This document shows positions 1 through 11,329 of a stretch of DNA of 64,000 nt, piece after piece. Location of the stretch: the NCBI GenBank assembly GCA_963752595.1, contig CAVVYZ010000022.1, positions 32,001 through 96,000 on the forward strand. The letters run 5' to 3'. Position 1 is the stretch's first letter, and the number at the start of each line of letters is the position of its first letter. The translations under genes and the position numbers were made by a program. The DNA comes from an uncultured delta proteobacterium (lineage in GTDB: Bacteria; Desulfobacterota; Desulfomonilia; UBA1062). The notes under the pieces are model-generated. The model had not been told where the DNA came from, did not search any database, and saw only the letters and a program-made list of their open reading frames with translations.

Positions 1-2022
<2,022 letters not shown>

Positions 2023-2080
2023 GGTACTCCTTGATCGTGTTTTCGGCTTTCTTAAGTATATGAGCCGTACATGAATTTCA

Positions 2081-2114
2081 AGTATACACCCCATGTCTCC
2101 ACAGGGTGTATACT
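2081..2114. promoter_or_regulatory. Inverted repeat AGTATACACCC-N12-GGGTGTATACT upstream of carB (possible operator over a -10 box)
   Basis: Perfect 11-bp arms; the arm gives TATACT on the minus strand about 60 nt upstream of the carB start. Confidence 0.4.
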
Positions 2115-2159
2115 ATGGTGTCTCTGATGAACCCTACATCCTCTCCGATCCGATGCAGG

Positions 2160-3123
2160 TCAGCCGATTTCCTTGATTTTCACGCCCTTCTTGACCAGTG
2201 CCTTTTTATTGGCAAGCAGCTCTCTGCCGGCAATTCTGTCCAGTACATAGATCAGGTCTCCTCCATTTTCGGCGTATGTCTGCCCATAAGAAATCGGGAT
2301 CTCCGCCGATGGATCGTCGAGTATCGACTGGGTTATCGGCTCGACTTTGCGCTCCCCGTTTGCCAGGAGCATGACTGTCTTTGCCTTGATAGACAAGCTC
2401 TGCCCCCATGGAAATGGCATAATTGGGAGAATCTTTCTTTGCGGCGAAGTGGCCGTCAGTCACTGCGTTCGTGACCGTATTGTCGTCGAGTTTGACGAGC
2501 ATGACACTGCTTCCCTTGAAGGGGATGCCGGATTCATGGAAGGCCACATGGCCTCTGCCGCCGACGCCGATGATCTGCAGGTCAATGCCGCCCATTTTCT
2601 TGATCTTCCGGGCGTAGCCGTCCAGTATCTCTTTCTTTACCCATCCCAGGTATTCGGAGTCCGGGTTGTTCCTGATGACTATCGACTTTCCCTTGTCCGT
2701 TCCTTTTGCTTCCCAGTCTTTCGGGTTGGCCTTCAGTTCGGCTATGAGCTTCTTCTGTTCGATGAGCGAGCCATAGGGCACATTGGTTTCAATGAACTTG
2801 TCCTTCAGAAGGCTGAAGAATTCCTGGATCATGAAGTAGGCATAGCTCTCGGGATGCATGACGCGATGCTGGACATTGTCGCCCGGCAGGCCGACATACT
2901 CGTCCAGGTTGAAGCTCCGGCACCTGGTGGAGTCGAACTCACCCTTGTTGGCCGCCTGTGCGAGGTGCTTGTAGAGCCCGGTGGGGGAATTGCCCGTTGC
3001 AAGCCCCAGAACGGCCTCTTTCTTTTCTTTCAACATCTCCTGGATTTTCTTTTTGGCGATATCTGCAGCAGACTTACTCAAAGCTGTCAAAATCTTTCGG
3101 TAACGATGAATCTGGATCCCCAT
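2160..3123 (-). CDS. nagB: Glucosamine-6-phosphate deaminase (NagB family) with an internal insertion; frameshift near 2395
   Basis: VLGLATGNSPTGLY, FNLDEYVGL, GGIDLQIIGVGGRGHVAFHESG, YAISMG; C-terminus (KAKTVMLLANGERK...) lies in ORF 2160..2420. Confidence 0.85.
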
Positions 3124-3165
3124 TGATCAGCCTCCTCTCTTCTCAGGGTGTAGCATGATGTATGA

Positions 3166-4531
3166 TTAAACTGCCTCACTCATTCCGAGCATCTTTTCCA
3201 CAAGCTCCGCCAATTGGGTGCAATACTTCTCCGTGACGGCGTCCGACGGCCCTTCGACCATTACCCGGCACATGTTCTGCGTCCCGGAATAACGGATCAG
3301 GATGCGCCCCTCATCGCCGAGCTCTTTCTCCACCTGGCTGATCGCTTCCCTCAGCTCCGGCACCGTGGAGATGTCCGGTTTGCTCTTCACGTTCACGTTG
3401 ATCAGTTTCTGAGGAAAGACGTCCATCATCTTTGCCAGCTCGGACAGCGGCTTGCCCGCCTTTGCCATGGCTGCAACGAGCTGCAAGGCGGTGAGGATGC
3501 CGTCACCCGTGGTGTGGTGGTTGAGGAAGATCATGTGCCCCGACTCTTCGCCGCCGATGATACCTCCCATGCTGAGCATGTCCTCGAGCACGTAGCGGTC
3601 TCCCACCTTTGCGGCGTGATGCCGGTAGCCGTACTTTTTGCACGCCACTCTCAACCCGAGATTGCTCATTACCGTGCTTACCAGGAGGTCATTCTTCAGC
3701 TTTCCCTCTTCCTTCAACATCCGGGAACATATGAGGAGAATCTGGTCTCCGGTGATCTCATGTCCCTTTTCATCGACTGCAATGAGCCGGTCGCCGTCCC
3801 CGTCAAAGGCCAGCCCGATTGCCGCCCCTGTTTCCAGGACTTTCTTCTTCAGGTCATCGGTATGCTGGGAGCCGCACTTGTCATTGATGTTCAATCCATT
3901 GGGCGTATTGTGGATGACATCCACTTCGGCACCGAGCTCGGTGAATGCCTCCGGCGCGACCCTGTACGTTGCCCCGTTGGCCGTGTCCATGACTATCTTC
4001 ATCCCTTCCATGGAAAAATCGCGCGGGAAGGTGTTTTTCAGGAAAACGACGTATCGTCCGTTCGACATCTTCCATGCGATAGGCCTGCCCCATCTCTTTT
4101 GCATGAGGCAGGAGCTCGGCCAGCTTGCCGCCCAGCATGAGGTCTTCGATGGTATTTTCTTTCTCATCCGAAAGCTTGAATCCATTCCCGCCGAAGATCT
4201 TGATCCCGTTATCCTCATAGGGGTTGTGGGAAGCGGAGATGACGATGCCCGCATCGGCCCGCATGCTGTTCGCGATAAAGGCTATGCCCGGTGTGGGGAG
4301 CACGCCGACCAGGTAGGGATTTCCCCCCATGGACGATATGCCGGCTTCAAGGGAGCTTTCGAGCATGTAGCCCGAAATGCGCGTGTCTTTGCCGATGATG
4401 ATCCTTGTGCGGTGGTGTTCTTTCCTCAGAAGGTATGTCACTGCCTGACCTACCTTGAAAGCCATCTCCGCATTCATGGGGTAGCGGTTTGCCTCGCCGC
4501 GTATCCCGTCAGTGCCGAAAAGTTTGCCCAT
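3166..4531 (-). CDS. glmM: Phosphoglucosamine mutase; frameshift near 4065
   Basis: [12 protein letters not shown] start at 4531, [15 protein letters not shown], phosphoserine motif [29 protein letters not shown]. Confidence 0.95.
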
Positions 4532-4560
4532 CGAATCCTCCTTTGATAGTTGGGTTTTAC

Positions 4561-5820
4561 TTAAATATGTTGCTTCTGGAACAACTCCAGGCCGGGCATG
4601 GCAGTCGAGACTGTGTTGCAGCAATTGGCCACGACGCATTCCAGCCATCTTGTACCTTTTGAAGAGACATCCGCGGGCAGTCCCTGTATGGTTTCGACAT
4701 AACTGCCGGGACCCCCCTGCACAGACCTGTCCAATCCGGTGAGGAATTCTTCCCTCAAGGTCTTCGTTTGCGAATCCGGAGCTGCATCTCCTTCGAATAT
4801 TCCCTGGACTTTATGAATATTACTTCCCAGGTCGTTCCTCAAGCGCTCGGTTCTCTCCGACCGGGAAGGCTCTGAAGCAGAGGCCCGCTTGGCCATTGCC
4901 TCAAGTCGTTTAAGCCGTTCTTTTCCGGCCAGCGAGAGTTTGTCGAGGAGACCCGCATGGATGAGCGGGCCGAATTCCTGGTTGTCGAGGAAGGGCTTGC
5001 GTACGTGAATGTACCACTCCTTCAAGGCCTTAAGGTTTGCGAGATAGATGATATTATTCTCCACAACGCGAAGCAGGTTCGGATACAGAGCAGGCAGATA
5101 ATCCTTGATGCACCCGGATTGGGTTTTGCCTACGATCAGTCTGTTGTCCCCGGGGCAGTCTTCCCTCAGCACCGAGCCTGCAGCCACGACATTGCCGAAG
5201 CCCATGCGCAACGGACCCACGATTCCCCCCTGTCCTCCCAGGAATATGGCCGGCTGGTTCAGCATGACGCCTCTGGCTACATCGCCGATAAGGGAGGCGG
5301 TTGTCTTGTCCCCGTCAGGGGTGAAATTGAAGTGGATGTAAGAGCTTCCCACCTCGCTGTGATCCTTCCGGCTGGTCCCCCCGGACATAAGGCAGTCGCA
5401 GAAGTTGATGAGACTGCCCAAGGTGACGAAGGGAAAGAGGATGGTCTGTTTGAGGCCGACGCAGTGGGCCCCGCCCGCCTCCTCTTCCAGAATGGATCCT
5501 TCACGGACATGGGCGCCTAAGCCCATGTTCGATTTGTCTAGGAATACGGATTTGCTGAAATAGCCGCCCTTGAGCTCCACATCCTGCCCGATCTGGCAGT
5601 TCTCGATCGTGACAGGCCCTTCACGGCCTATCTGGGCCCCTGACGATATGACGGTGTCCTTGCCGTATATCCTGCACCCGGGAAAGATCTTGACCTTACT
5701 AGCGGAAATCCGGTCAATGTCGACCTCCTTCCCGATGTCGAGGGTCAGGGGATTGGGGATGTCGATCCCCTTGTTGATCATCTGCACGATTTTCTCGTGG
5801 CACTGCGGTTTCAAGTCCAT
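4561..5820 (-). CDS. GlmU-like protein: left-handed beta-helix (acetyltransferase-like) domain plus helical C-terminal extension, no uridylyltransferase domain
   Basis: ATG at 5820 behind GAGGAGG RBS; sequence tracks the GlmU C-terminal half ([45 protein letters not shown]); lies between glmS and glmM; no GxGTR nucleotidyltransferase motif. Confidence 0.7.
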   Translation of the reverse strand: MDLKPQCHEKIVQMINKGIDIPNPLTLDIGKEVDIDRISASKVKIFPGCRIYGKDTVISSGAQIGREGPVTIENCQIGQDVELKGGYFSKSVFLDKSNMGLGAHVREGSILEEEAGGAHCVGLKQTILFPFVTLGSLINFCDCLMSGGTSRKDHSEVGSSYIHFNFTPDGDKTTASLIGDVARGVMLNQPAIFLGGQGGIVGPLRMGFGNVVAAGSVLREDCPGDNRLIVGKTQSGCIKDYLPALYPNLLRVVENNIIYLANLKALKEWYIHVRKPFLDNQEFGPLIHAGLLDKLSLAGKERLKRLEAMAKRASASEPSRSERTERLRNDLGSNIHKVQGIFEGDAAPDSQTKTLREEFLTGLDRSVQGGPGSYVETIQGLPADVSSKGTRWLECVVANCCNTVSTAMPGLELFQKQHI

Positions 5821-5894
5821 CTGTTCCTCCTCATACCGTGATATGGAAACCGGATAGTGTATCAGAAGATTTCTCGCAGCCTGCTGCGAGGACA

Positions 5895-5933
5895 CTCCTT
5901 TTTCCTCTCCCCCCGAGGGAGAGGAAAAAGGAG
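5895..5933. repeat. Perfect 17-bp-stem intergenic hairpin (CTCCTTTTTCCTCTCCC-N5-GGGAGAGGAAAAAGGAG)
   Basis: Read directly between glmS and the GlmU-like gene. Confidence 0.8.
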
Positions 5934-5991
5934 AGGGGGGAGAATAAATTCAATGCCTCTTGAGCCATGGCTGCCTTCACATCCTTCCGTT

Positions 5992-8900
5992 TCATGAGCT
6001 CCTGAACCTTTCGAATATCATATTTTTGATTACTTCAACATCCTCTCCGAGAAGCATCCTTACGGGCAGGCCCTTGAGATAATCGTCGCTCCAGGTGATA
6101 TTGTACTCGTCGATGAGGTTCTTGATGTCGCCGTACTTCTCTCCCAAGATCTCCTTTTTCTGTTCGATGCCCATTGCCTCGTTGTATTCCACGTGGAGCA
6201 GAAGAAGGTGTCCCACTATCTTCAGTGAATTCAGAAGCGGGATGATGATGATGGAGGCATGGTCCGATTTCCCCTCGCCTGCATAGACATCGCCGGTACG
6301 GACGATGGTTTTCTTGGTGCCCATGAGGGGGCCGGTGGTGTCAAATCTTGAGGGCATGCCCTCGGCGACTCCATTTTTCTTCGAGATTGTTATGGTGGAT
6401 GAATCATTCGGCTTACCCGCCCCATCGAGATCCCTGATGACATAGAGGGTGTAGCCGGTGATCTTCGTTATGGCCTCCTGAAGGCGTTTCAAGGTGAGCC
6501 CGTCTCTTGCCGGAATTTTCTCGATGGTGAACGAGAGTTCTTTGAGCGTTTCGAAGATGATGCCCCGGGGAGGCTCGATACGTCTGCTCGTGCCCACGGT
6601 CACGGTCTTTGCCTGGTGCCGGATCGCATCTACGGGCCGGGAGAGCTCATCGATGGCCCTAGCGATGGTCATGTCGAGCCTGTCGATGGGCGAAGAGGTT
6701 ACCTTGAGCTCGCCGTACTCGGTCCAGAAGTCTTCCAGAGGGAGCTTGCCCACCGCATATTTCATGAGCAGCACGATGTCTGAAGCGGTCTCTACATTCA
6801 TGTTGGACAGATGGCCCGAACGTCTCCAGGCGTTGAACGGGGAGCTGAAATCTTCCACCAGGCGGTAGAGGTCCTGGTCCTGGATGGAGTCGTAGAGGGA
6901 GAGCTTTCTGCTTTCCAGGCTCCGCATGATCTCGGCGAGGCTCGAGCGGAAGGTTCTGAAGGCGGCGGATTGGGAGTCGAGGCTGCAGGCGGCATAGTAT
7001 CCCCAGATGTGCCCTGCCAGGGTGTTAAGGATGACGGATTGGGGGAAGGATGACCTCGGCACATGGATCACGGACTCGGCAATCCTGTCGAACCGGTGCT
7101 CCCCCTCATCCACGATAACCACGACGCTGGATGAGTGCGCATTGAATATGGCCACATCCTTGATGATGTCCTCGAGCACCATTTCAGGTGTTCCTGCCGC
7201 GCACACGAGGATAAGGGGTTCCGAGGAGAGGTCGATGTGCTTCTTGTCCTCGATGATGTCCGAGGATATGGTCTTGTAGCAGAGCTCGCTCAGCTTTATG
7301 CGGATCTCGTCGGATGCCGTCTTGTTGGTGCCGCTTCCCACGACTGCCCAGTATTTCTTCTTTCTCGCCATGTCCCAGGCTGATTTCTTGATGGACTCTC
7401 TCTCGTTGATAACCCTGAGCATCAGCTTCGGGGCCTTCTCGAGCTGCACGAGTTCTTTTGCCACCAGGTTGTTCGGAAGTGAACGCAGTATCTGCGCAAA
7501 ATACAGGGAGAGGATATAACCGGCGGTTATCTGTGAGTAGAAGGCCTTGGTGGAAGCAACGGACATCTCGATGTCGCGGCCGTCGCTCGTGTAGAAGACG
7601 CCGTCCACCTTGGTCGTGATGTCGGACTGCCGCCTGTTTACGATGGCTATGAGATGGGCGCCCCTATTCCTGGCCATGGTGACGGCCCTGTTCGTGTCCG
7701 TGGTGGTGCCCGACTGAGTGATGGCGATGACCAGGGAGGCTGACATGTCATCGTCCAGGCAGAAGCCGCTCAGGTCCGATGCCTTTCTTGCCTGTACCGT
7801 GATATTCGTACCTTTGAGATAGATCCACAATGCCTCTGCAATGGCAGACCCGGCGATGGCTGCGGTTCCCTGACCAACCACGTAGATGCTCCTGATTTTT
7901 CCCGACGCCAGGGCTTCCCGGATCCTCTGGGGCACGACATCCTCGTCGAGGTTGAACGTAACGGCCTCGTTCTCGATGAGATACTTGCCCCGCATAGTCT
8001 TCCTGATGGACTGGGGGGCGTCGAGAATCTCCTTGAGCAGGAAGTGGGGGAACTCGCCCCGGTCGATGTCGCGGGTGGTTATCTCCGCACTCTGCACATC
8101 CTTTTGGCTGAGGTCGAGGGGATATCCGTCATAGTACAAGGCCTCGATCCCGGCAAGCCCGGGCCCTTTGTTGCTGTGAAGGATAAAAATCTGTCCTCTG
8201 CTTCTCTCGTTGCCCGGGATGTGCTCTTTCTCGCCGTCCATCTTGATGAAGTCCGGGGTCTCCTCCACGAGGCCGTAGACCTCGGATGAGAATACGTACT
8301 GGTGGTCGCAGATGCCCACGTAGATGGTCTGGCCGCTCCCTTTCTGGGCCAGGAAAACCTTGCCCGGCTCCAGGTTGCTCTCCATGGCAATGGCGTGGGA
8401 CCCGTCGAAATCGTTCAGCGCAAGGCGGAAGGCCTCCTTGAGATCATGACCGTCATAGAGATACCGCTCGATCTGCAAAGGGATTATCTTCGTATCCGTC
8501 GTAACCCTCGTATCGATGGACTTATCGACCGCTTCGAAATCCTTTTTCAGGACAGGGTAGTTGTCGATATCGCCGTTGAGCACAACGCTGATGGTCCAGG
8601 GCCCCTTTCCATAGAAAGGATACTTCTTCAAGCTCTGGGAGAAATTCCACTGGTCATCCCCGAAGGAGCCCACGCTGAAATTGTTTACCGGGTGGCAATT
8701 TGCCTCGTTGATGGAACCCACGGACGCCCACCTCGTGTGTGCCAGGTACATCTGGGTGTCCGGGGCATGCTCCACCGTGAGATGGAGGATGGCGTCTTCC
8801 TGGATGGACTTCCTGAGATTTTTCGTATTGTCCCCGAGGTCTCCGGTTATCTGTGCCGTCTTGTAGGTGAAGACAAGGGATTCGGGACAAAGGTTGATGG

Positions 8901-9699
8901 AGTTGTTCCAGAGGTCTCCGGGCGAGCAGCGCCGCACGAATTCCTCGTAGAGATCTTCGGATCTGATCTTGTCGATGACCTTTTTTATCTCTTTCGGGTG
9001 AGAGAACTGAAAGGAGAACTGTATTCCGCATGAATCCCTTCCGCGCACCTCAAGCCGGTCGAGGGCATTGAGGTTGAAATTGATCCTCTGGTACTTCTCA
9101 AAGGCACTCGAAGAGAGCTTGACGCCGTTTCCTCGGAGATCCGAGATCTTTTTCCGGTTCTTGAGCACATCCTCACGAAGACCCCAGGAGATGTCTTTCA
9201 GGTGGATGAGCCTCTTGGTCAGAACCTCCATCTCACGCGTGGAAAAGGAGACCGCTTTCTTCTCCAGGAGCTTTTCTTCACTGTCGGCGAAGTTCCCCAG
9301 ATCGCTGCAGAGGCCTGTCAGCCGGTCCAGGGAGGACTTGTGGAAGAGTCTCCACTGGTCCTGGGGACTCTGCTTCAGGCCGTAGAGATCCTTATCAAAA
9401 GTGGAGAGCACCTCGGGGTTGAGATAATCCTTTGGCTCAAAGGACCCGGCAAAAATCTTCTCAAGCGATCTCTCCTGAACCCGCCCGAAATGGTCAGAGA
9501 GCCTTTTCACGGTATGATCAGCATGGGGTGTGTCTTTGCCTTTGATAATCAGGACACCTGCCAGACCGCAGGTGAGCACATCGGGCATGCACGGGAAGAG
9601 GGTAATGGTCCGGCCGGGCAGCAGATCAGGGTTTCGCCCGATATGGAATCTCCATTTCCCCGCATTCTGCATAAGGGTGCTGATAATGCTTTTCATCAT
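5992..9699 (-). CDS. glmS: Extended glutamine--fructose-6-phosphate aminotransferase (1235 aa)
   Basis: Class II GATase motifs CGLAG (Cys44), LEVRGRDSCG, HTRWASVG, NCHP, NGDIDNY, TDT; SIS motifs TQSGTTTDT, SVASTKAF, KLSELCY, KKH, AKTVTV; next to glmM. Confidence 0.88.
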   Translation of the reverse strand: MMKSIISTLMQNAGKWRFHIGRNPDLLPGRTITLFPCMPDVLTCGLAGVLIIKGKDTPHADHTVKRLSDHFGRVQERSLEKIFAGSFEPKDYLNPEVLSTFDKDLYGLKQSPQDQWRLFHKSSLDRLTGLCSDLGNFADSEEKLLEKKAVSFSTREMEVLTKRLIHLKDISWGLREDVLKNRKKISDLRGNGVKLSSSAFEKYQRINFNLNALDRLEVRGRDSCGIQFSFQFSHPKEIKKVIDKIRSEDLYEEFVRRCSPGDLWNNSINLCPESLVFTYKTAQITGDLGDNTKNLRKSIQEDAILHLTVEHAPDTQMYLAHTRWASVGSINEANCHPVNNFSVGSFGDDQWNFSQSLKKYPFYGKGPWTISVVLNGDIDNYPVLKKDFEAVDKSIDTRVTTDTKIIPLQIERYLYDGHDLKEAFRLALNDFDGSHAIAMESNLEPGKVFLAQKGSGQTIYVGICDHQYVFSSEVYGLVEETPDFIKMDGEKEHIPGNERSRGQIFILHSNKGPGLAGIEALYYDGYPLDLSQKDVQSAEITTRDIDRGEFPHFLLKEILDAPQSIRKTMRGKYLIENEAVTFNLDEDVVPQRIREALASGKIRSIYVVGQGTAAIAGSAIAEALWIYLKGTNITVQARKASDLSGFCLDDDMSASLVIAITQSGTTTDTNRAVTMARNRGAHLIAIVNRRQSDITTKVDGVFYTSDGRDIEMSVASTKAFYSQITAGYILSLYFAQILRSLPNNLVAKELVQLEKAPKLMLRVINERESIKKSAWDMARKKKYWAVVGSGTNKTASDEIRIKLSELCYKTISSDIIEDKKHIDLSSEPLILVCAAGTPEMVLEDIIKDVAIFNAHSSSVVVIVDEGEHRFDRIAESVIHVPRSSFPQSVILNTLAGHIWGYYAACSLDSQSAAFRTFRSSLAEIMRSLESRKLSLYDSIQDQDLYRLVEDFSSPFNAWRRSGHLSNMNVETASDIVLLMKYAVGKLPLEDFWTEYGELKVTSSPIDRLDMTIARAIDELSRPVDAIRHQAKTVTVGTSRRIEPPRGIIFETLKELSFTIEKIPARDGLTLKRLQEAITKITGYTLYVIRDLDGAGKPNDSSTITISKKNGVAEGMPSRFDTTGPLMGTKKTIVRTGDVYAGEGKSDHASIIIIPLLNSLKIVGHLLLLHVEYNEAMGIEQKKEILGEKYGDIKNLIDEYNITWSDDYLKGLPVRMLLGEDVEVIKNMIFERFRSS

Positions 9700-9998
9700 A
9701 TTTTATCTTTATGTGGGAACCGCCTTCAATTTCAGATCCCGTGTCGCATGATAGTATGTTTTATCGCTACCTTGCAATAGAAAATCAAGAGGGCATCGGG
9801 CATGCACGGGATGAGTGCAATGGTCCGGCAGTGCAGCAGATAGGGGTTACGCCCGATAGGGAAACACCATTTACCGGCGTTCTGCATAAGGGTGCTGATA
9901 ATGCTTTTCATCATATTCTATCTCTACGTGGAAGCGGTCTTTAGTTTCAAATCCCGTATCCTATGCCTATAATAATATGTTTCATCGCTACCTTGCAA
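9579..9998. repeat. Diverged tandem duplication of about 200 bp (9579-9777 and 9794-9998) covering the glmS promoter region, 5' UTR and first 40 codons
   Basis: Direct alignment, offset 215-221 nt; includes a 38-nt identical stretch around the start codon. Confidence 0.95.
9732..9914 (-). CDS. 60-aa ORF; first 40 residues are a paralogous copy of the GlmS N-terminal leader (small protein or remnant)
   Basis: 33 of the first 40 aa identical to GlmS residues 1-40, frame intact. Confidence 0.45.
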   Translation of the reverse strand: MMKSIISTLMQNAGKWCFPIGRNPYLLHCRTIALIPCMPDALLIFYCKVAIKHTIMRHGI

Positions 9999-10024
9999 AA
10001 TTAACTAAACATGAAGCAGTATCT

Positions 10025-11161
10025 TCAAGAGCTTCTATGACGCTTCATTTCTTCCCTAAACTCGGCAAAGAGGTAATGCGAATCGTGAGGCCCGGGAGAT
10101 GCCTCTGGATGGTACTGGACGCTGAAAGCCTTCACGGAATGATACCTGATGCCCTCCAGCGTGTTGTCGTTGAGATTTACATGGGTTACCTCTGCATCAG
10201 AAGGCAGGGTCCCGCTGACCACAACAAACCCGTGGTTCTGGGAAGTGATCTCTATCCTGTTGTTCTTAAGATTCTTGACCGGTTGGTTGGCCCCGTGATG
10301 GCCGAACTTGAGCTTCTCGGTTCTGGCCCCCAGAGCCTGACCCAGGATCTGGTGGCCCAGGCATATGCCGAATATGGGGACTTTGCCCAGCAGGCCCTGT
10401 ACTGTTTTGATCTCGCTGTGCAATGGCTCCGGATCGCCGGGGCCGTTGGAAAGGAGCACCCCGTCCGGCTCCAGAGAGAGTATCCGATCGGCACTTGTGT
10501 GGCAGGGCATGACGACAACCCGGCACCCGGTTTGCTCCAGGCTTCTCAGGATGTTGAACTTTACCCCGCAATCGAGGACCACGACCCGTAAATCACCGTT
10601 TTTCGCCGGTAGCGGTTCAGCTGGCAGGGCCGATCCTCCCTTCCAGAAGTACGGCTCCGTGCTGCTCACCTGCGATACGATATCGCGGCCCACGAGCCCG
10701 GGATACTTGCGGAGCTTTTCCAGCAGCTCGGGAATCCTGTTCGCATCGGACGATACGATGCCGCACATGGAGCCGCGGGAACGAAGCCTCCTGGTCAGGG
10801 CTCTGGTGTCGATGCCTTCCACGCCGATCTTGCCGTGTTCTTCCAGATAACTTTTAAGGGTTTTTTTCGATCTCCAGTTGCTGGGAACAGCCTGGTATTC
10901 TTTTACAATGAAGCCCTCAAGGTGGATCTTCCGGGATTCCATATCCTCTTCATTGATCCCGTAGCTCCCGATGAGCGGATAGGTCATGACAAGGATCTGC
11001 TCTTTGTACGAGGGATCGGTGAGCACTTCCTGGTAGCCTGTCATGGCGGTGTTGAATACCACCTCTCCGATGGCGTCATCCCGGTCGGCAAACACGCGGC
11101 CTTTAAAGACCGAACCGTCTTCCAGGACAACGACAGCCGCTTTTTTATTTCGTAACGACAA
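10025..11161 (-). CDS. carA: Carbamoyl-phosphate synthase small subunit
   Basis: GEVVFNTAMTGYQEVLTDPSY, SNGPGDP, FGICLGHQ, SQNHGF, SVQYHPEASPGPHD; TTG start behind AGGAGG. Confidence 0.97.
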   Translation of the reverse strand: MSLRNKKAAVVVLEDGSVFKGRVFADRDDAIGEVVFNTAMTGYQEVLTDPSYKEQILVMTYPLIGSYGINEEDMESRKIHLEGFIVKEYQAVPSNWRSKKTLKSYLEEHGKIGVEGIDTRALTRRLRSRGSMCGIVSSDANRIPELLEKLRKYPGLVGRDIVSQVSSTEPYFWKGGSALPAEPLPAKNGDLRVVVLDCGVKFNILRSLEQTGCRVVVMPCHTSADRILSLEPDGVLLSNGPGDPEPLHSEIKTVQGLLGKVPIFGICLGHQILGQALGARTEKLKFGHHGANQPVKNLKNNRIEITSQNHGFVVVSGTLPSDAEVTHVNLNDNTLEGIRYHSVKAFSVQYHPEASPGPHDSHYLFAEFREEMKRHRSS

Positions 11162-11329
11162 AGAAACCCTCCTGTCCGCTCATGCTTCCCCATGCGGACT
11201 TCAGCCCGGGATCCTGAACCCCCCGGGCGGAAAAATTTATCCTTCTTTACAGGAGCGGAAGGCAGTTATCAATCTTATATTTCTTACCGTTTGATACCGG
11301 ATTTGCATTTCCCTTCCGCCCATTTATGG

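Noticed and set aside
9579-9998. Diversity-generating retroelement TR/VR pair
   Set aside because: Mismatches involve all four bases and are not adenine-specific; no reverse transcriptase in the window.
9700-10024. glmS ribozyme upstream of glmS
   Set aside because: No recognisable ribozyme core (AGCGCC...GACGAGG); the space is filled by the duplication.
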